A DNA stretch of 64,000 nucleotides from an uncultured Gemmatimonadaceae bacterium (GCA_963843845.1 CAWJMB010000002.1:992001-1056000); one strand, 5' to 3'. Positions 46,382-56,962 are shown, counted from the first letter of the stretch. Notes: generated by a model from the letters alone, not told the origin. Made by a program: numbers and translations.

Positions 46382-49300
46382 TCAATCAGGCACGATCGAC
46401 ACGGCCTGCACGCGCTTCAGCAGTTCGGCGATCGCCGCCTCGAGCTGCTGGTCGCGCCCGGCCGCGACGGTGCCGTAGTCGTTGCGCACGAGCACGTCGG
46501 GCTCCGTCTGCAGGTTCTCGAGATACCGTCCCGTGGTCGCGTCCTTCACGCCGACGGCCGGCACGCCCCAGCGCACGCCGTCGTTCAGCGACTCCCATCC
46601 GGCGAACGTGCACGTTCCGGGGGTCGGCATGCCGATCAGCGTGCCCAACTTCTGCTGCTTGTAGGCGTACGCGAAGCAGTGCCCGTCGCTGTAGTTCGCC
46701 TCGTTCGCGAGCGCGACCGTCGGGCGCGTCCAGCGGAAGTTCGGCTCGTAGCCCGTGCTGCGCGTGTCGGTCGTGTAATCGAAGAACTTCGAGCCGCTCA
46801 GGAACATCGCGAGGTCGGCGACGAGATCGCCGCCGCCGTTGAAGCGCGTGTCGATCACGACGCCTTTGCGCGTCGCGTACTTGCCCATGACTTCCTCGAA
46901 CGTCGTGCGGTACGCGCCGTCGTTCATGCCCGGGATGTGCACGTAGCCGAGCGCGCCGCCGCTCGCCCTGTCGACCTCGTCGGCGTTGCGGCGCACCCAG
47001 CGCGCGTAGAGCAGGCGGCCTTCCTCGGCGGGCGAGATCGGCTTCACGACGATCTCGGTCGTCGCGGCGCGGCTCTGCCCCGCGCCTCCCGACGGGTCCG
47101 AGACGGTGAGCAGCACGCGCTTGCTCGCCTTCCGGTTCAGCAGCTCCGCCACGTCGCGCGTCGGCGCGATGACGTCGCCGTCGATCGCGGTGATGATCGC
47201 GCCCGGCCGGAGCGTCACGTCGCTGCGATCGAGCGGACCGCCCTTCACCACCTCGGCGACCTTCGCGCCCGCGCCGGTCCACGCGGGGTCGAACAGGAGG
47301 CCCAACGACGCCGTCGCGTCGTCGGTCGGCGACGACGCGTTGAACGTCGCGCCGCTGTGGCTGATGTTCAACTCGCCCAACATCTCGGCGAGCAGCTCGG
47401 CCATCTCGAAGTTGTTGCCGACGTGCGGCAGGTACTTCGCGTACACGGGGCGCAGCGCGATCCAGTCGACGCCGTGGTACCCCTTCGAGTAGAACGTGTC
47501 GCGCGTGCGGCGCCAGACGTGGTCGAACATCGCCGCGCGCTCGGCATCCGCATCGGTCGACGCCTCGCCACTGATGCGCACGACCTCGCGCTTCGGCGTC
47601 CCCTGCGACGGGTCGAGGCGCGACACGGTGCTGTCGGCGAGGAGGTAGAGGAACTTCTGCTCCCGGTCCCACGCGAGCCCGCCCCCGTTCGCGTCGAGCG
47701 GCAGCAGCATCTTCGTCTCGCGCGTGCGCAGGTTCGTCGACCAGAGGTTGAGCCCCTTCTCGAAGCGCGCGAGGTAGTAGAGCGACTCGCCGTCCTTGCT
47801 CAGCAGCGCGTCGCTCATCGACGCCGAGGCGACCGTGAGCCGCGCCTTCCGCATGTCGATGTTCTCGAGATCGAGCGCGATCGGGCGACGCGTCGCCGCC
47901 GGCGGCGCGCTGTCGACCGGTGCCGTCGAGTCGCGCGACGACTTCCTCGCCTGCTCCTCGGCCTCCTTCACGAGCGCGAACTCGTCTTTCGTCAGACGGA
48001 AGCGCTCCCACGCCTCGCGGTCGAAGAACATCGCGTACGCGTCCTGCTGCGCGCCGCCGCCCTGGGCGACCGCCTTGAGCCCGTCGCGGTTGCTGAACCA
48101 CATCATCGCCTTGCCGCCGAGGATCCAGCGGCCGCGCGCGTCGTTGAAGCCGCTCTGCGTGAGGTTCACGACCTGCCCGCTGCCGTCGGCGCGCACGAGA
48201 CCGACTTCTCCCGGCGCGATGCCCGGGACGTCGAAGTCGAACAGGATCCACTTCCCGTCCGGGCTCCACTGAAAGAAGTGATCGTTCCCGAACAGCTCCT
48301 TCTCGGTGAGGAGCACCCTGGACTGCCGCGTCGCGAGGTCGAGGACGCGCAGCGTGTTGCGGTCTTCGAGGTAGGCGAGCGACTTCCCGTCGGGGGAGAA
48401 GCTCGGGTGCGTGTTCTGCCGCGCGTTCGACACGAGAGGCGCCTCGCGCACGACGGTCGACGCGAAGAAGTACGGCTCCGCGTCGCGCGTGCGCCGCGCT
48501 TCGTAGATCGCCCACGTCCCGCCGCGCTCCGACGCGTAGACGATCGACTTGCCGTCCGGTGCGAACTCGACGCCCGTCTCCGCTTCCGGCGTCGTCGTCA
48601 GGCGCTTCGTGCCCGCGCCGTCGGTCGAGTTCACGTACACGTCGCCGCGATACACGAACGCGATCTCCTTGCCGCTCGGCGACACGGAGAGTCCCTGCGC
48701 GCCGCCCGTGACGGCGAGCACGCGGTCGCGATTCCCCTTGTCGTCGGCTGCGACGACGACGCGGACACGCGACGGCGTTCCGTTCGGCGCCATCGTGTAG
48801 ATCCCGCCGTCCCACCCGAACGCCAGCGTGCCGTCGTTCGCGATGCTGAGGAAGCGAACGGGAACGCCGGTGAACGACGTGAGCTGCCGCGTCGCGCCGC
48901 CGTCGCCACCCTGCCCTGCGCCGGCCGACGGCATCAGGCGATGCACGTTGAACGTGCCGCTCGCCTCGCTCAGGTAGTAGAGCGCCCCGTTCGCGCCGAG
49001 CACCGGGTTGCGATCCTCGCCGGCGAACGACGTCAGCTTGCGGTGGTTCCCGGTCCGCGTGTCGTAGCTCCAGATGTCGCGGGCGATCGCCGACGTGTGA
49101 TGCTTGCGCCACTGGTTCTCGCCCCCTTTCCGGTCCTCGTACACGAGCGTGCGTCCGTCGGCGCTCGTGCGCACGTTCTCGGCGGGGGTCGTGAGCAGTT
49201 GGATCGGGCGGCCGCCGGTCGACGACACGGCGTACAGCTCGGGCTGCGCCGCCGTCGGATACTGCCGGTTGCTCGCCGCGTCCTGCCGTGCCGCGCCGAA

Positions 49301-49684
49301 GAGCAGCTGCCGGTCGTCGGCCGAGAACGTGTACGGGTACTCGGGGGCGGAATGGAACGTGAGCCGCGTCGGCGTGCCGCCGGTGGCGGCGACCACGTAC
49401 ACGTCGAAGTTGCCGTGCCGGTCGGACGCGAACGCGAGGCGTGAGCCGTCGCGGCTCCACACCGGCATGACGTCGTTCGCTGCGTGCGACGTGAGCGGGA
49501 CGGCCGTGCCGCCGCTCGCCGGGACGGTGTAGACGTCGCCCTTGTACGTGAACGCGATCGTCCGGCCGTCGGGAGAGATCGCGGGGTAGCGCATCCAGCT
49601 CGCGCCGTCGGCGGACGTGGAGGGGCGCTGGGCGAACGGCGTGGCCGGCGCGAGCAGCGCGGCGACGAGAGCGAGGCGCTTCAT
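46382..49684 (-). CDS. Tricorn-like S41 peptidase (intact, about 1100 aa)
   Basis: Signal peptide; MRYPAISPDG, PD40 repeats, WRKHHTS, GELNISH, DTRFNGGG, NYSDGH, DQQLEAAI. Confidence 0.9.
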   Translation of the reverse strand: MKRLALVAALLAPATPFAQRPSTSADGASWMRYPAISPDGRTIAFTYKGDVYTVPASGGTAVPLTSHAANDVMPVWSRDGSRLAFASDRHGNFDVYVVAATGGTPTRLTFHSAPEYPYTFSADDRQLLFGAARQDAASNRQYPTAAQPELYAVSSTGGRPIQLLTTPAENVRTSADGRTLVYEDRKGGENQWRKHHTSAIARDIWSYDTRTGNHRKLTSFAGEDRNPVLGANGALYYLSEASGTFNVHRLMPSAGAGQGGDGGATRQLTSFTGVPVRFLSIANDGTLAFGWDGGIYTMAPNGTPSRVRVVVAADDKGNRDRVLAVTGGAQGLSVSPSGKEIAFVYRGDVYVNSTDGAGTKRLTTTPEAETGVEFAPDGKSIVYASERGGTWAIYEARRTRDAEPYFFASTVVREAPLVSNARQNTHPSFSPDGKSLAYLEDRNTLRVLDLATRQSRVLLTEKELFGNDHFFQWSPDGKWILFDFDVPGIAPGEVGLVRADGSGQVVNLTQSGFNDARGRWILGGKAMMWFSNRDGLKAVAQGGGAQQDAYAMFFDREAWERFRLTKDEFALVKEAEEQARKSSRDSTAPVDSAPPAATRRPIALDLENIDMRKARLTVASASMSDALLSKDGESLYYLARFEKGLNLWSTNLRTRETKMLLPLDANGGGLAWDREQKFLYLLADSTVSRLDPSQGTPKREVVRISGEASTDADAERAAMFDHVWRRTRDTFYSKGYHGVDWIALRPVYAKYLPHVGNNFEMAELLAEMLGELNISHSGATFNASSPTDDATASLGLLFDPAWTGAGAKVAEVVKGGPLDRSDVTLRPGAIITAIDGDVIAPTRDVAELLNRKASKRVLLTVSDPSGGAGQSRAATTEIVVKPISPAEEGRLLYARWVRRNADEVDRASGGALGYVHIPGMNDGAYRTTFEEVMGKYATRKGVVIDTRFNGGGDLVADLAMFLSGSKFFDYTTDTRSTGYEPNFRWTRPTVALANEANYSDGHCFAYAYKQQKLGTLIGMPTPGTCTFAGWESLNDGVRWGVPAVGVKDATTGRYLENLQTEPDVLVRNDYGTVAAGRDQQLEAAIAELLKRVQAVSIVPD

Positions 49685-49776
49685 GGGGCGGGGAGCTGGC
49701 GAGTCGGGCGGGGTACGCACACGATAACGCCGCTCGTCGAGCGCCGCTTCTCGCCGACCGCTCACGCAGCCGATCG

Positions 49777-50703
49777 CTAGCGCAGCCGCTCGCTCACCAT
49801 GCGCCGGAACGTGCCGTCCTCGAGGTACCGCTTGAGGTACCGCCCCGGGCACCCCGTGTCCGCATACTCGTAGTGACCGCCGATCCGGTCCGGCGGCAGG
49901 TCGAACTCGGTCAGCGCCCACGCCATCAGATCGGCGATCGCGTTCAGCTGCGCCGGCGTCGGCTCCTGCCGGTCGTAGTTCCCGAGCACGCTGATGAGGA
50001 AGTGTCCGCTCGGGTCGTAGCTCGTGTTCGTCTCGCCGATGTAGCGCCAGTCGCGCCCCTCGAACACGCGGCCGTCGAGGTCGAGCAGGTAGTGGTACGG
50101 CACGTCCCACCAGTTGCGGTCCCGCGCGCCCCACGCTTGCAAGGCGCGCAGCTTCGCCGCCGGGTCGTCGGCGGGCCGGAGCGGCTGGGCGCTGCCTTCG
50201 TGGTGCAGGGTGACGTGCGTGATGCGGTGCGGGATGCGGAGCCGCATCGCCGCCCCGCCCGCGCTGTCCGACTCCGCGATCGCGCGCGGCAGCGACGCGA
50301 CCGTCGCCACCTCGAGCGCGACGAGCCCCGCGCCGAGCTCGCCCGGCCCGTAGACGGCGACGACCGCGACGTGGACGCCGTGCCACGTGAACGCCGAGCC
50401 TTCTCGCGCGTCGCGCTCGTCGCGGGCGCCGCCGACCGCGAGCCGCAGCCGCGCCACGTCCACCGGCCGGGTGCCGACCGTGTCGACGCGCGTGCCGAGC
50501 ACCGTGACGGTGAGATCGTGAAAGGCGAGCGAGTCGCCGGCCGCGCGGTTGCGCCGCGTCGCGTCGGCCGCGTAGCCGAGCGGAGGCTGCGACTCCCACG
50601 CGGCGTGTGGGACGACGCGCGGCGGTGCGTCGGACGCGCGCGGGCGTCCGGCGCAGCCGGACAGTGTGGCGAGGAGCACGACGGAGGACAGGACGCGACG
50701 CAT
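49777..50703 (-). CDS. PGRP/Amidase_2-like N-acetylmuramoyl-L-alanine amidase lipoprotein
   Basis: LSGC lipobox; TLHHEG, DVPYHYLLDLDGRVFEGR, GGH...TGCPG zinc ligands. Confidence 0.85.
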   Translation of the reverse strand: MRRVLSSVVLLATLSGCAGRPRASDAPPRVVPHAAWESQPPLGYAADATRRNRAAGDSLAFHDLTVTVLGTRVDTVGTRPVDVARLRLAVGGARDERDAREGSAFTWHGVHVAVVAVYGPGELGAGLVALEVATVASLPRAIAESDSAGGAAMRLRIPHRITHVTLHHEGSAQPLRPADDPAAKLRALQAWGARDRNWWDVPYHYLLDLDGRVFEGRDWRYIGETNTSYDPSGHFLISVLGNYDRQEPTPAQLNAIADLMAWALTEFDLPPDRIGGHYEYADTGCPGRYLKRYLEDGTFRRMVSERLR

Positions 50704-50761
50704 CACGACACGATAACGCACCGCACGTTAAGCTACGACCCGCCTCCACCGACGCCGCCAC

Positions 50762-51725
50762 ATGACGCTCACACTCACGCTGCAAGACTTCAAGGACGCC
50801 CGCGCGCGCATCGCGCCGCACATCAAGCGCACCCCGCTGCTCACGTCGCGCCAGCTCTCGGAGCACACCGGATACGACGTGCGCCTCAAGGCGGAGCTGT
50901 TCCAGCGCGTCGGGTCGTACAAGATCCGCGGGCCGCTGAACAAGCTCGCGCTCATGTCCGACGAGGACAAACGCCGCGGCGTCGTGTGCTCGTCGGCGGG
51001 GAATCACGCGCAGGGGGTCGCGCTCGCCGCGCAGATCCACGGCGTGCGGGCCGTCGTCTGCATGGCGGAGAACGCGACCCCGGCGAAGATCGCCGCGACG
51101 CGCGGGTACGGCGCCGAGGTCGTGCTGCACGGCACGATCTGGGACGAGGCGAACGAGAAGGCGAAGGAGCTCGTGCGCGACCAGGGACTCACGTACGTGC
51201 ACCCGTTCGACGACGCGCAGCTCATCGCGGGGCAGGGCACGCTGGGGCTCGAGATCGTCGCAGGACTGGCCGGAGGTCGAGGCGGTCGTCGTCCCGATCG
51301 GCGGCGGCGGGCTGATCGCCGGCGTGTCGATGGCGGTGAAGGCGTTCAATCCCGCGATCAAAGTGTTCGGGGTCGAGTCGTCGGACGGGCCGGCGATGCG
51401 GCGCAGCCTCGACGCCGGCGCGCTCCAGACGATCGAGTGCAACACGATCATCGACGGGCTGCGCGTGCGACGCGCCGGGGAACTCAATTTCTCCGTCGTG
51501 CAGCGCTTCGTCGACGACGTCGTCACGCTCCCCGACCGCGAGATCTTCGACGCGATGCTCTGGACGTGGGAGCGGTGCAAGCTCGTCGTCGAGGGCGCGG
51601 CCGCGGCGCCGGTCGCGGCGCTCATGCACGGACTCGTGCCGCTGCGCGCCGGGGCGCGCGTCGCGGCGGTGCTCTCGGGCGGCAACGTGAACCTCGACCA
51701 GCTGCGCGCGCTGCGCTGGAACTGA
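50762..51725 (+). CDS. ilvA: Threonine/serine dehydratase, short form without ACT domain (frameshift near 51262)
   Basis: KAELFQRVGSYKIRG (PLP Lys), SAGNHAQGVA, PIGGGGL, LSGGN. Confidence 0.85.
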
Positions 51726-51727
51726 GG

Positions 51728-52507
51728 ATGCCGAAACGGTGGCCCGAGCGGCTGTGGATCGTGCGGCACGGACAGAGCGCCGGCAACGTCGCCCGCGACG
51801 CCGCCGACGCGGCCGGCCTGCCAGTCATCGACATCGCCGAGCGCGACGTGGACGTGCCGCTCAGCGCGCTCGGCGAGCAGCAGGCGGCGGCGCTCGGGCG
51901 CTGGTTCGCCGCGATGCCCGTCGACCGGCGGCCGACGACGGTGCTGACGTCGCCGTACGTGCGCGCGCGCCAGACCACGGCGCACATCGCGAATGCCGAC
52001 GGACTGCACCCCGACGTCTGCACCGACGTCGACGAGCGGCTCCGCGAGAAGGAGTTCGGCATCCTCGACCGGCTCACGGCCGCCGGCATCCGCGCGCGCT
52101 TTCCCGAGCAGGCCGAGGCCCGCGCGCGGACGGGGAAGTTCTACCACCGCCCGCCGGGCGGGGAGAGCTGGTGCGACGTGATCCTGCGCCTGCGCAGCGT
52201 GCTCGACACGCTGAGCCTGCACCACTCGGAGCCGGGCTCGCGCGTGCTCGTCGTCGCGCACCAGGTGATCGTGCTCTGCCTGCGCTATCTCATCGAGACG
52301 ATGACCGAGGAGGAGATCCTCGCGATCGACCGCGCGGGCGACGTCGCGAACTGCGGCGTCACCGAGTACGCGCTCGACCCGACATCGGGGACTCCTGGCT
52401 CGACGGGCGGGAAGCTGCGGCTCGTGGCCTACAACTTCGTCGCCCCGCTCGAAGCGGCGGGCGCGCCGGTCACGGCGCGCCCCGACGTGCCCGCGGCGCC
52501 GCGATGA
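51728..52507 (+). CDS. Histidine phosphatase (phosphoglycerate mutase family)
   Basis: IVRHGQS, SPYVRARQT, LREKEFG, GGESW, VAHQ. Confidence 0.9.
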   Translation: MPKRWPERLWIVRHGQSAGNVARDAADAAGLPVIDIAERDVDVPLSALGEQQAAALGRWFAAMPVDRRPTTVLTSPYVRARQTTAHIANADGLHPDVCTDVDERLREKEFGILDRLTAAGIRARFPEQAEARARTGKFYHRPPGGESWCDVILRLRSVLDTLSLHHSEPGSRVLVVAHQVIVLCLRYLIETMTEEEILAIDRAGDVANCGVTEYALDPTSGTPGSTGGKLRLVAYNFVAPLEAAGAPVTARPDVPAAPR

Positions 52508-53439
52508 GCGCCCGGCGCGCCCGCCACGCGGGCGACGGAGGGCCGGGGCGGACGGTCACCCCGGCGCTGCTGCGCACGATGCCGCTCCCGCCGCTGCGCG
52601 CGGACGCGGACAAGGAGGCCCGCGGCCGGGTGCTCGTCGTCGGCGGCTGCACGCTCGTGCCGGGGGCCGTGCTGCTCGCCGGCGTCGCCGCGCTGCGCGC
52701 CGGGGCGGGGAAGCTGCAGCTCGCGACGGTGCGCGACGCGGCCATCGCGCTCGGGCTCGCGGTGCCGGAGGCGCTCGTCGTGCCGCTCGCGCAGACGCGG
52801 ACCGGGGAGATCGCCGGCGCGCGGGCGGCCGCCCCGCTGCGGCGCTATGCCGGCGACGCGAACGCGCTGCTCGTCGGCCCGGGGATGACCAGCGCCGCGT
52901 CCGCCCAGTCGCTGCTCGCCGCGCTCGTGCCGGCCCTCGGCCGCGAGACGACGCTCGTGCTCGATGGCGCGGGCGCGGTCGCGTTCGGCGCGTACGCCGC
53001 GTCGACGAGCGGCGCGACGCGGCTCGCGGCGCTCTCGGGGGGCGTCGTGCTCACGCCGCACGCCGGCGAGATGGCGTCGCTGCTCGACGTCGACAAGCGC
53101 GAGGTCGAGGCCGACCCGGCCGCCACCGCGCGCCACGCCGCCGCGCGCTACGGCGCCGTGGTCGCGCTCAAGGGCGCCGAGAGCTGGATCGCCACGCCGG
53201 ACGGCACGCTGCTGCGCTACCGCGACGGCGTGGTCGGACTCGGCACGTCGGGCTCCGGCGACACGCTCGCCGGCATCGTCGCCGGGCTGGCGGCGCGCGG
53301 CGCGACGCCGCTCGCGGCCGCCGTGTGGGGCGTGTGGGCGCACGGGTCCGCGGGGCGCGCGCTGGCGCGGCGCATGGCGACGGTCGGCTTCCTCGCGCGC
53401 GAGCTGCTCGCGGAAGTGCCGGCGCTCGTCGGGCGCTGA
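52504..53439 (+). CDS. nnrD: NAD(P)H-hydrate dehydratase / YjeF-C carbohydrate kinase, stand-alone
   Basis: KEARGRVLVVGG, LRAGAGK, GPGM, TPHAGEM, GSGDTLAG; ATGA coupling. Confidence 0.85.
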   Translation: MSARRARHAGDGGPGRTVTPALLRTMPLPPLRADADKEARGRVLVVGGCTLVPGAVLLAGVAALRAGAGKLQLATVRDAAIALGLAVPEALVVPLAQTRTGEIAGARAAAPLRRYAGDANALLVGPGMTSAASAQSLLAALVPALGRETTLVLDGAGAVAFGAYAASTSGATRLAALSGGVVLTPHAGEMASLLDVDKREVEADPAATARHAAARYGAVVALKGAESWIATPDGTLLRYRDGVVGLGTSGSGDTLAGIVAGLAARGATPLAAAVWGVWAHGSAGRALARRMATVGFLARELLAEVPALVGR

Positions 53440-53452
53440 CGCGTCGCGCCTG

Positions 53453-53493
53453 CACCCGCCCGGCACCCGCCCGGCACCTGCCCGGCACCCGCC
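53453..53493. repeat. 11-bp tandem repeat (cacccgcccgg) x3.7
   Basis: Units at 53453, 53464, 53475 (one mismatch) and 53486 (partial); immediately upstream of the hydrolase start. Confidence 0.8.
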
Positions 53494-53498
53494 GTTCC

Positions 53499-54200
53499 GT
53501 GGCCGATCGCCCGTCGATCCTGTTCCTCCCGGGGCTGCTGTGCGACGCCCGCCTCTGGCGCGACCAGGTCGCCGGGCTCGCCGAGATCGCCGACGCGCGC
53601 GTCGCCGACCTCACGCTCGACACGAGCGTCGCCGCGATGGCCGAGCGGGCACTCGCGACGGCAGCGCCGCGCTTCGCGCTCGGCGCGCTCTCGATGGGCG
53701 GCTACGTCGCCTTCGAGATCCTGCGTCGGGCGCCCGAGCGGGTGACGCGGCTGGCGCTCGTCGCGACGAGCGCCAGCCCGGACACACCGGAGCGCGCGGT
53801 CCGCCGCCGCGCGGCGCTGTCGTCGTTGCGACACGGGCGGTTCGCCGGCGTGACGCGTCGCCTGCTGCCGCAGCTCGTGCACCCCGACCGGGTCGACACG
53901 CCGGTCGGCGACGCGGTGCGCGCGATGGCGGAGCGCGTGGGCGGCGAGGCGTTCGAGCGGCAGCAGACGGCGATCCTCGGGCGCCCCGACTCGCGACCGC
54001 TCCTCGCGTCGATCCGCGTGCCGACGCTCGTCGCCGTGGGAGACGCAGACGTGCTGACGCCGCCGGCCGAGTCGCGCGCGCTGTTCCGGGCGATCCCCGG
54101 CGCGTCGCTGCACGTGTTCGGGCGGTGCGGGCATCTTCCGGCGATGGAGCGGCCCGCGTCGACCACGGCGCTGCTCCGCGGCTGGCTCGCCGACGACTGA
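53499..54200 (+). CDS. Alpha/beta fold hydrolase
   Basis: FLPGLLCD, ALSMGG, GDAD, CGHL; GTG start. Confidence 0.85.
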   Translation: MADRPSILFLPGLLCDARLWRDQVAGLAEIADARVADLTLDTSVAAMAERALATAAPRFALGALSMGGYVAFEILRRAPERVTRLALVATSASPDTPERAVRRRAALSSLRHGRFAGVTRRLLPQLVHPDRVDTPVGDAVRAMAERVGGEAFERQQTAILGRPDSRPLLASIRVPTLVAVGDADVLTPPAESRALFRAIPGASLHVFGRCGHLPAMERPASTTALLRGWLADD

Positions 54201-54329
54201 GCCGAGCCCCGAGCGTGCCGCCGCCGGCGTTGCCCACGATTCCGTCGCGCGTCCTGGTGAGCGGCGCCTCGCGTCGATCTCGCCGTGTGGTCCCCGCGGC
54301 TCGCGCCGTCCCGCCTTCGTCCGTCCCCT

Positions 54330-55505
54330 ATGGGTCAGTGGCCTGACCGCTTTCTCCACCCCGCGCTGCACGCCGACGCGGAGGTGCTCCGGCGCGCCCG
54401 ACTGACTGTCCTGCTCTCGCTGGTCCTGATCGGGGCGGCGGTCACGTACGCGTTGTTCTACGCCGTCGTGGTCGGCTACCCGGCAGGAGCGCTGGTACTC
54501 GCGACGGGCGCCGGCATCGCGACGACCGGGCCCGCACTCCTCCGGGTGCGCCCGTCGCTGCGGATCGCGGGGCTGATCGTGACCGGCACGCTCTACGGAG
54601 TGGTCCTCGCGCTCATGACCTGTGAGGGTGGGCTCCGGTCGCTCGCGACCCCGCTCCTCGCCATCCCGCCGATCCTCGCGACGATGCTGCTCGGCCGGAG
54701 CGGCGCGATCGGCGGAACGGCGATCGCCACGGTCACCGTCGTCGGATTCGGTGTCCTCGAAGCGCGCGGCATTCGCTTCCCGGTGCTGTATCCCGCTGCG
54801 TGGGAAGCGTCCATGAGCGTCGGGAGCCCGGTCGGGCTGGTCGTGTGCAGCGGGCTGCTGCTGCTCGTCTTCGAGAACATGCGCGCCGGAGCGCAGGCGC
54901 GTGCCGACACCGCCACGGCGGCGCTGGCGCGCATGGCGTACCACGATGCCCTCACCGGGCTCGCCAATCGCGCCCGCTTCCTGGAGTGCCTGCTGCAGGC
55001 GTTGACGCGGGCGCACGCGGCGGAGGATCCCGGGCGGGTGGCCGTGCTGCTGCTCGACCTCGACGGCTTCAAGGCCGTGAACGACACGATGGGCCACGCG
55101 GCGGGCGACGCGCTGCTCGTGCAGGTGTCCGACCGACTGCTCAACGCGACACGCGGGTGCGATACCGTCGCGCGCCTCGGCGGCGACGAGTTCGCCGTGC
55201 TCCTCGACGGCATGCAGCACGACGCCGAGGTGAGCGTCATGGCGGAGCGGATCATGAGCGCGCTCGGGCGGCCGTTCGCGGTCGCGGGTAGGGAAGCGAG
55301 GGTGGGCACGAGTCTCGGCATGGCGCGCGCGAGCGATGCGGCCGGGATCCCGGCGTCGGCGGGGCCCGCCGCTCTCGAGGGAGCCGTCGCCGCGGTGTTG
55401 CACCACGCAGACGTCGCGATGTACCGCGCCAAGGCGCTCGGCCGCGGGCGCTACGTGCGCTTCGAGGCAGGCATGTTCTCGCCGCCGCCGGCCGCCGCCG
55501 CCTGA
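54330..55505 (+). CDS. Membrane-bound diguanylate cyclase (about 6 TM + GGDEF)
   Basis: DALTGLANR, DLDGFKAVND, RGCD (RxxD I-site), RLGGDEF, ADVAMYRAK. Confidence 0.88.
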   Translation: MGQWPDRFLHPALHADAEVLRRARLTVLLSLVLIGAAVTYALFYAVVVGYPAGALVLATGAGIATTGPALLRVRPSLRIAGLIVTGTLYGVVLALMTCEGGLRSLATPLLAIPPILATMLLGRSGAIGGTAIATVTVVGFGVLEARGIRFPVLYPAAWEASMSVGSPVGLVVCSGLLLLVFENMRAGAQARADTATAALARMAYHDALTGLANRARFLECLLQALTRAHAAEDPGRVAVLLLDLDGFKAVNDTMGHAAGDALLVQVSDRLLNATRGCDTVARLGGDEFAVLLDGMQHDAEVSVMAERIMSALGRPFAVAGREARVGTSLGMARASDAAGIPASAGPAALEGAVAAVLHHADVAMYRAKALGRGRYVRFEAGMFSPPPAAAA

Positions 55506-55550
55506 TCGCCCGACCGGAATGACGTCGAAGCACGAGGTGGGTCGGCGGCG

Positions 55551-56190
55551 GTGCGTCCGCCCTCCCGACGGCCCTCCCGCCGGCTGCTTCGCTGGGTGCT
55601 CCGGATCGCGGTGGCGATCGTCGCGATGGCTGTCGTCGGCGGGAGCGCGCTCTGGCTGATCGCGCGCCCCGTCCTGGGTCGTCCGGTGCAGGGCGCGCGG
55701 CTGGCCCGCGCCGCCCGCGCGCCGCGGTGGCGCGACGGCCGGTTCGACTGTGGCAGGAGGCGCGGCTCGGCGACCGGAATCGCACGCTCTGGGCGGGGCG
55801 GGCGATCACGAGCCCATCGCACCGCGTGGTCTACAGCGGCGACACGGCGCTCCAGGACGAGTTCGCCGACATCGGCGCGCGGCTCGGGCCGGAGCAGGCC
55901 GTGCTGGCGCACCGGCTCGTTCGCGGCGACGTCATGCTGCCCGTGTACTGGGGGCTGTTCGATCTCGCGCTGCACGCCTGGACGGAGCCGATGGAGCGCG
56001 GCCTCGTCGCGGCGGACTCGCAGGGCGTGCGGGTCGCGTCGCCCCGCCCCGGCGACATGGTGGAGCCCGCGTCGCCGGCGCCCCCGACGCGGTGGTGGCC
56101 GCGCATCCCGTGGAAGACCGCCGCCGCAGCGCCGGCGTGGTCGAGTGGCGTCGGGCGCCTGCTCGGGCGAGGCGGACCGCGCTTCCCTGA
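55551..56190 (+). pseudogene. Internally deleted MBL-fold (RomA/NAPE-PLD-like) hydrolase remnant
   Basis: TM + PRWRDGRF N-terminus jumps to RTLW...YSGDT...IGARLGP|EQAV...WGLFDLALHAWTEP; no HxHxDH motif. Confidence 0.7.
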
Positions 56191-56214
56191 CGGCGCCCGG
56201 CCCGCGCAGCCCGC

Positions 56215-56962
56215 TCAGCCGGCTCCGTTCATCCGCGCGAAGATCTCGTCGAAGGCGGCGTGCGCCGCGGCGGCGCGCGGCTGCGCGGTGCCGTAGGCGA
56301 TCTCCTCCTCGCCGGCCGCGAGGCGCGCCACGACCTCGTCGGCGAACGGCTCGAGCGGCGCGCCCATGGTCGTGCAGGCCCACGCCGCCGAGATCCGTGT
56401 TCACCGCGGGCGGGATGATCTCGATCACGCGCACGCCGCTGCCCGCGAGCTGGTGGCGCAGCGAGAGCGTGAACGAGTGCAGTGCCGCCTTCGTCGCCGA
56501 GTAGACCGGCGCGGCCACGTACGGCGCGAACGAGAGGCCCGAAGTGACGTTGACGATCGCGCCGCGCCGCGCGCGGAGGTGCGGGAGCAGCGCGAGCGCG
56601 AGATGGATCGGTGCGTCGACGTTGATCGCGATCTCCTGTCGCGTCTCGCTCCACGGCTCCGGCTCGTCGAGGCGGATGCGGCGCTGCACGCCGGCGTTGT
56701 TCACGAGGACGTCGAGCGTCGGGTGCTCGGTCACGACCCACTCGACGAGCGCGGCGCGGTGGTCCTCGCGCGCCAGGTCGCAGACCCGTGTCACCAGGCC
56801 GGGGTGGGCGGCCGCAGCGTCGCGCAGCGCGGACACGCGTCGGCCGCACACGATCACGCGGCCGCCGGCGGCGAGGAAGCGCGACGCGAGGGCGAGCCCG
56901 ATGCCCGTCGCGCCGCCGGTGACGAGGATGGTGCGGGCGCCGAGGTCGAGCGGAGTGGTCAT
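56215..56962 (-). CDS. Short-chain dehydrogenase (DltE-like; frameshift near 56365)
   Basis: TGGATGIG, NNAG, YSATK, PPAVNTDLGG. Confidence 0.88.

Noticed and set aside
46382..52261. 1959-aa ORF as a giant protein
   Set aside because: Only 46382-49684 is a real tricorn gene; the upstream part is stop-free antisense or off-frame sequence over the amidase, ilvA-like and phosphatase genes.
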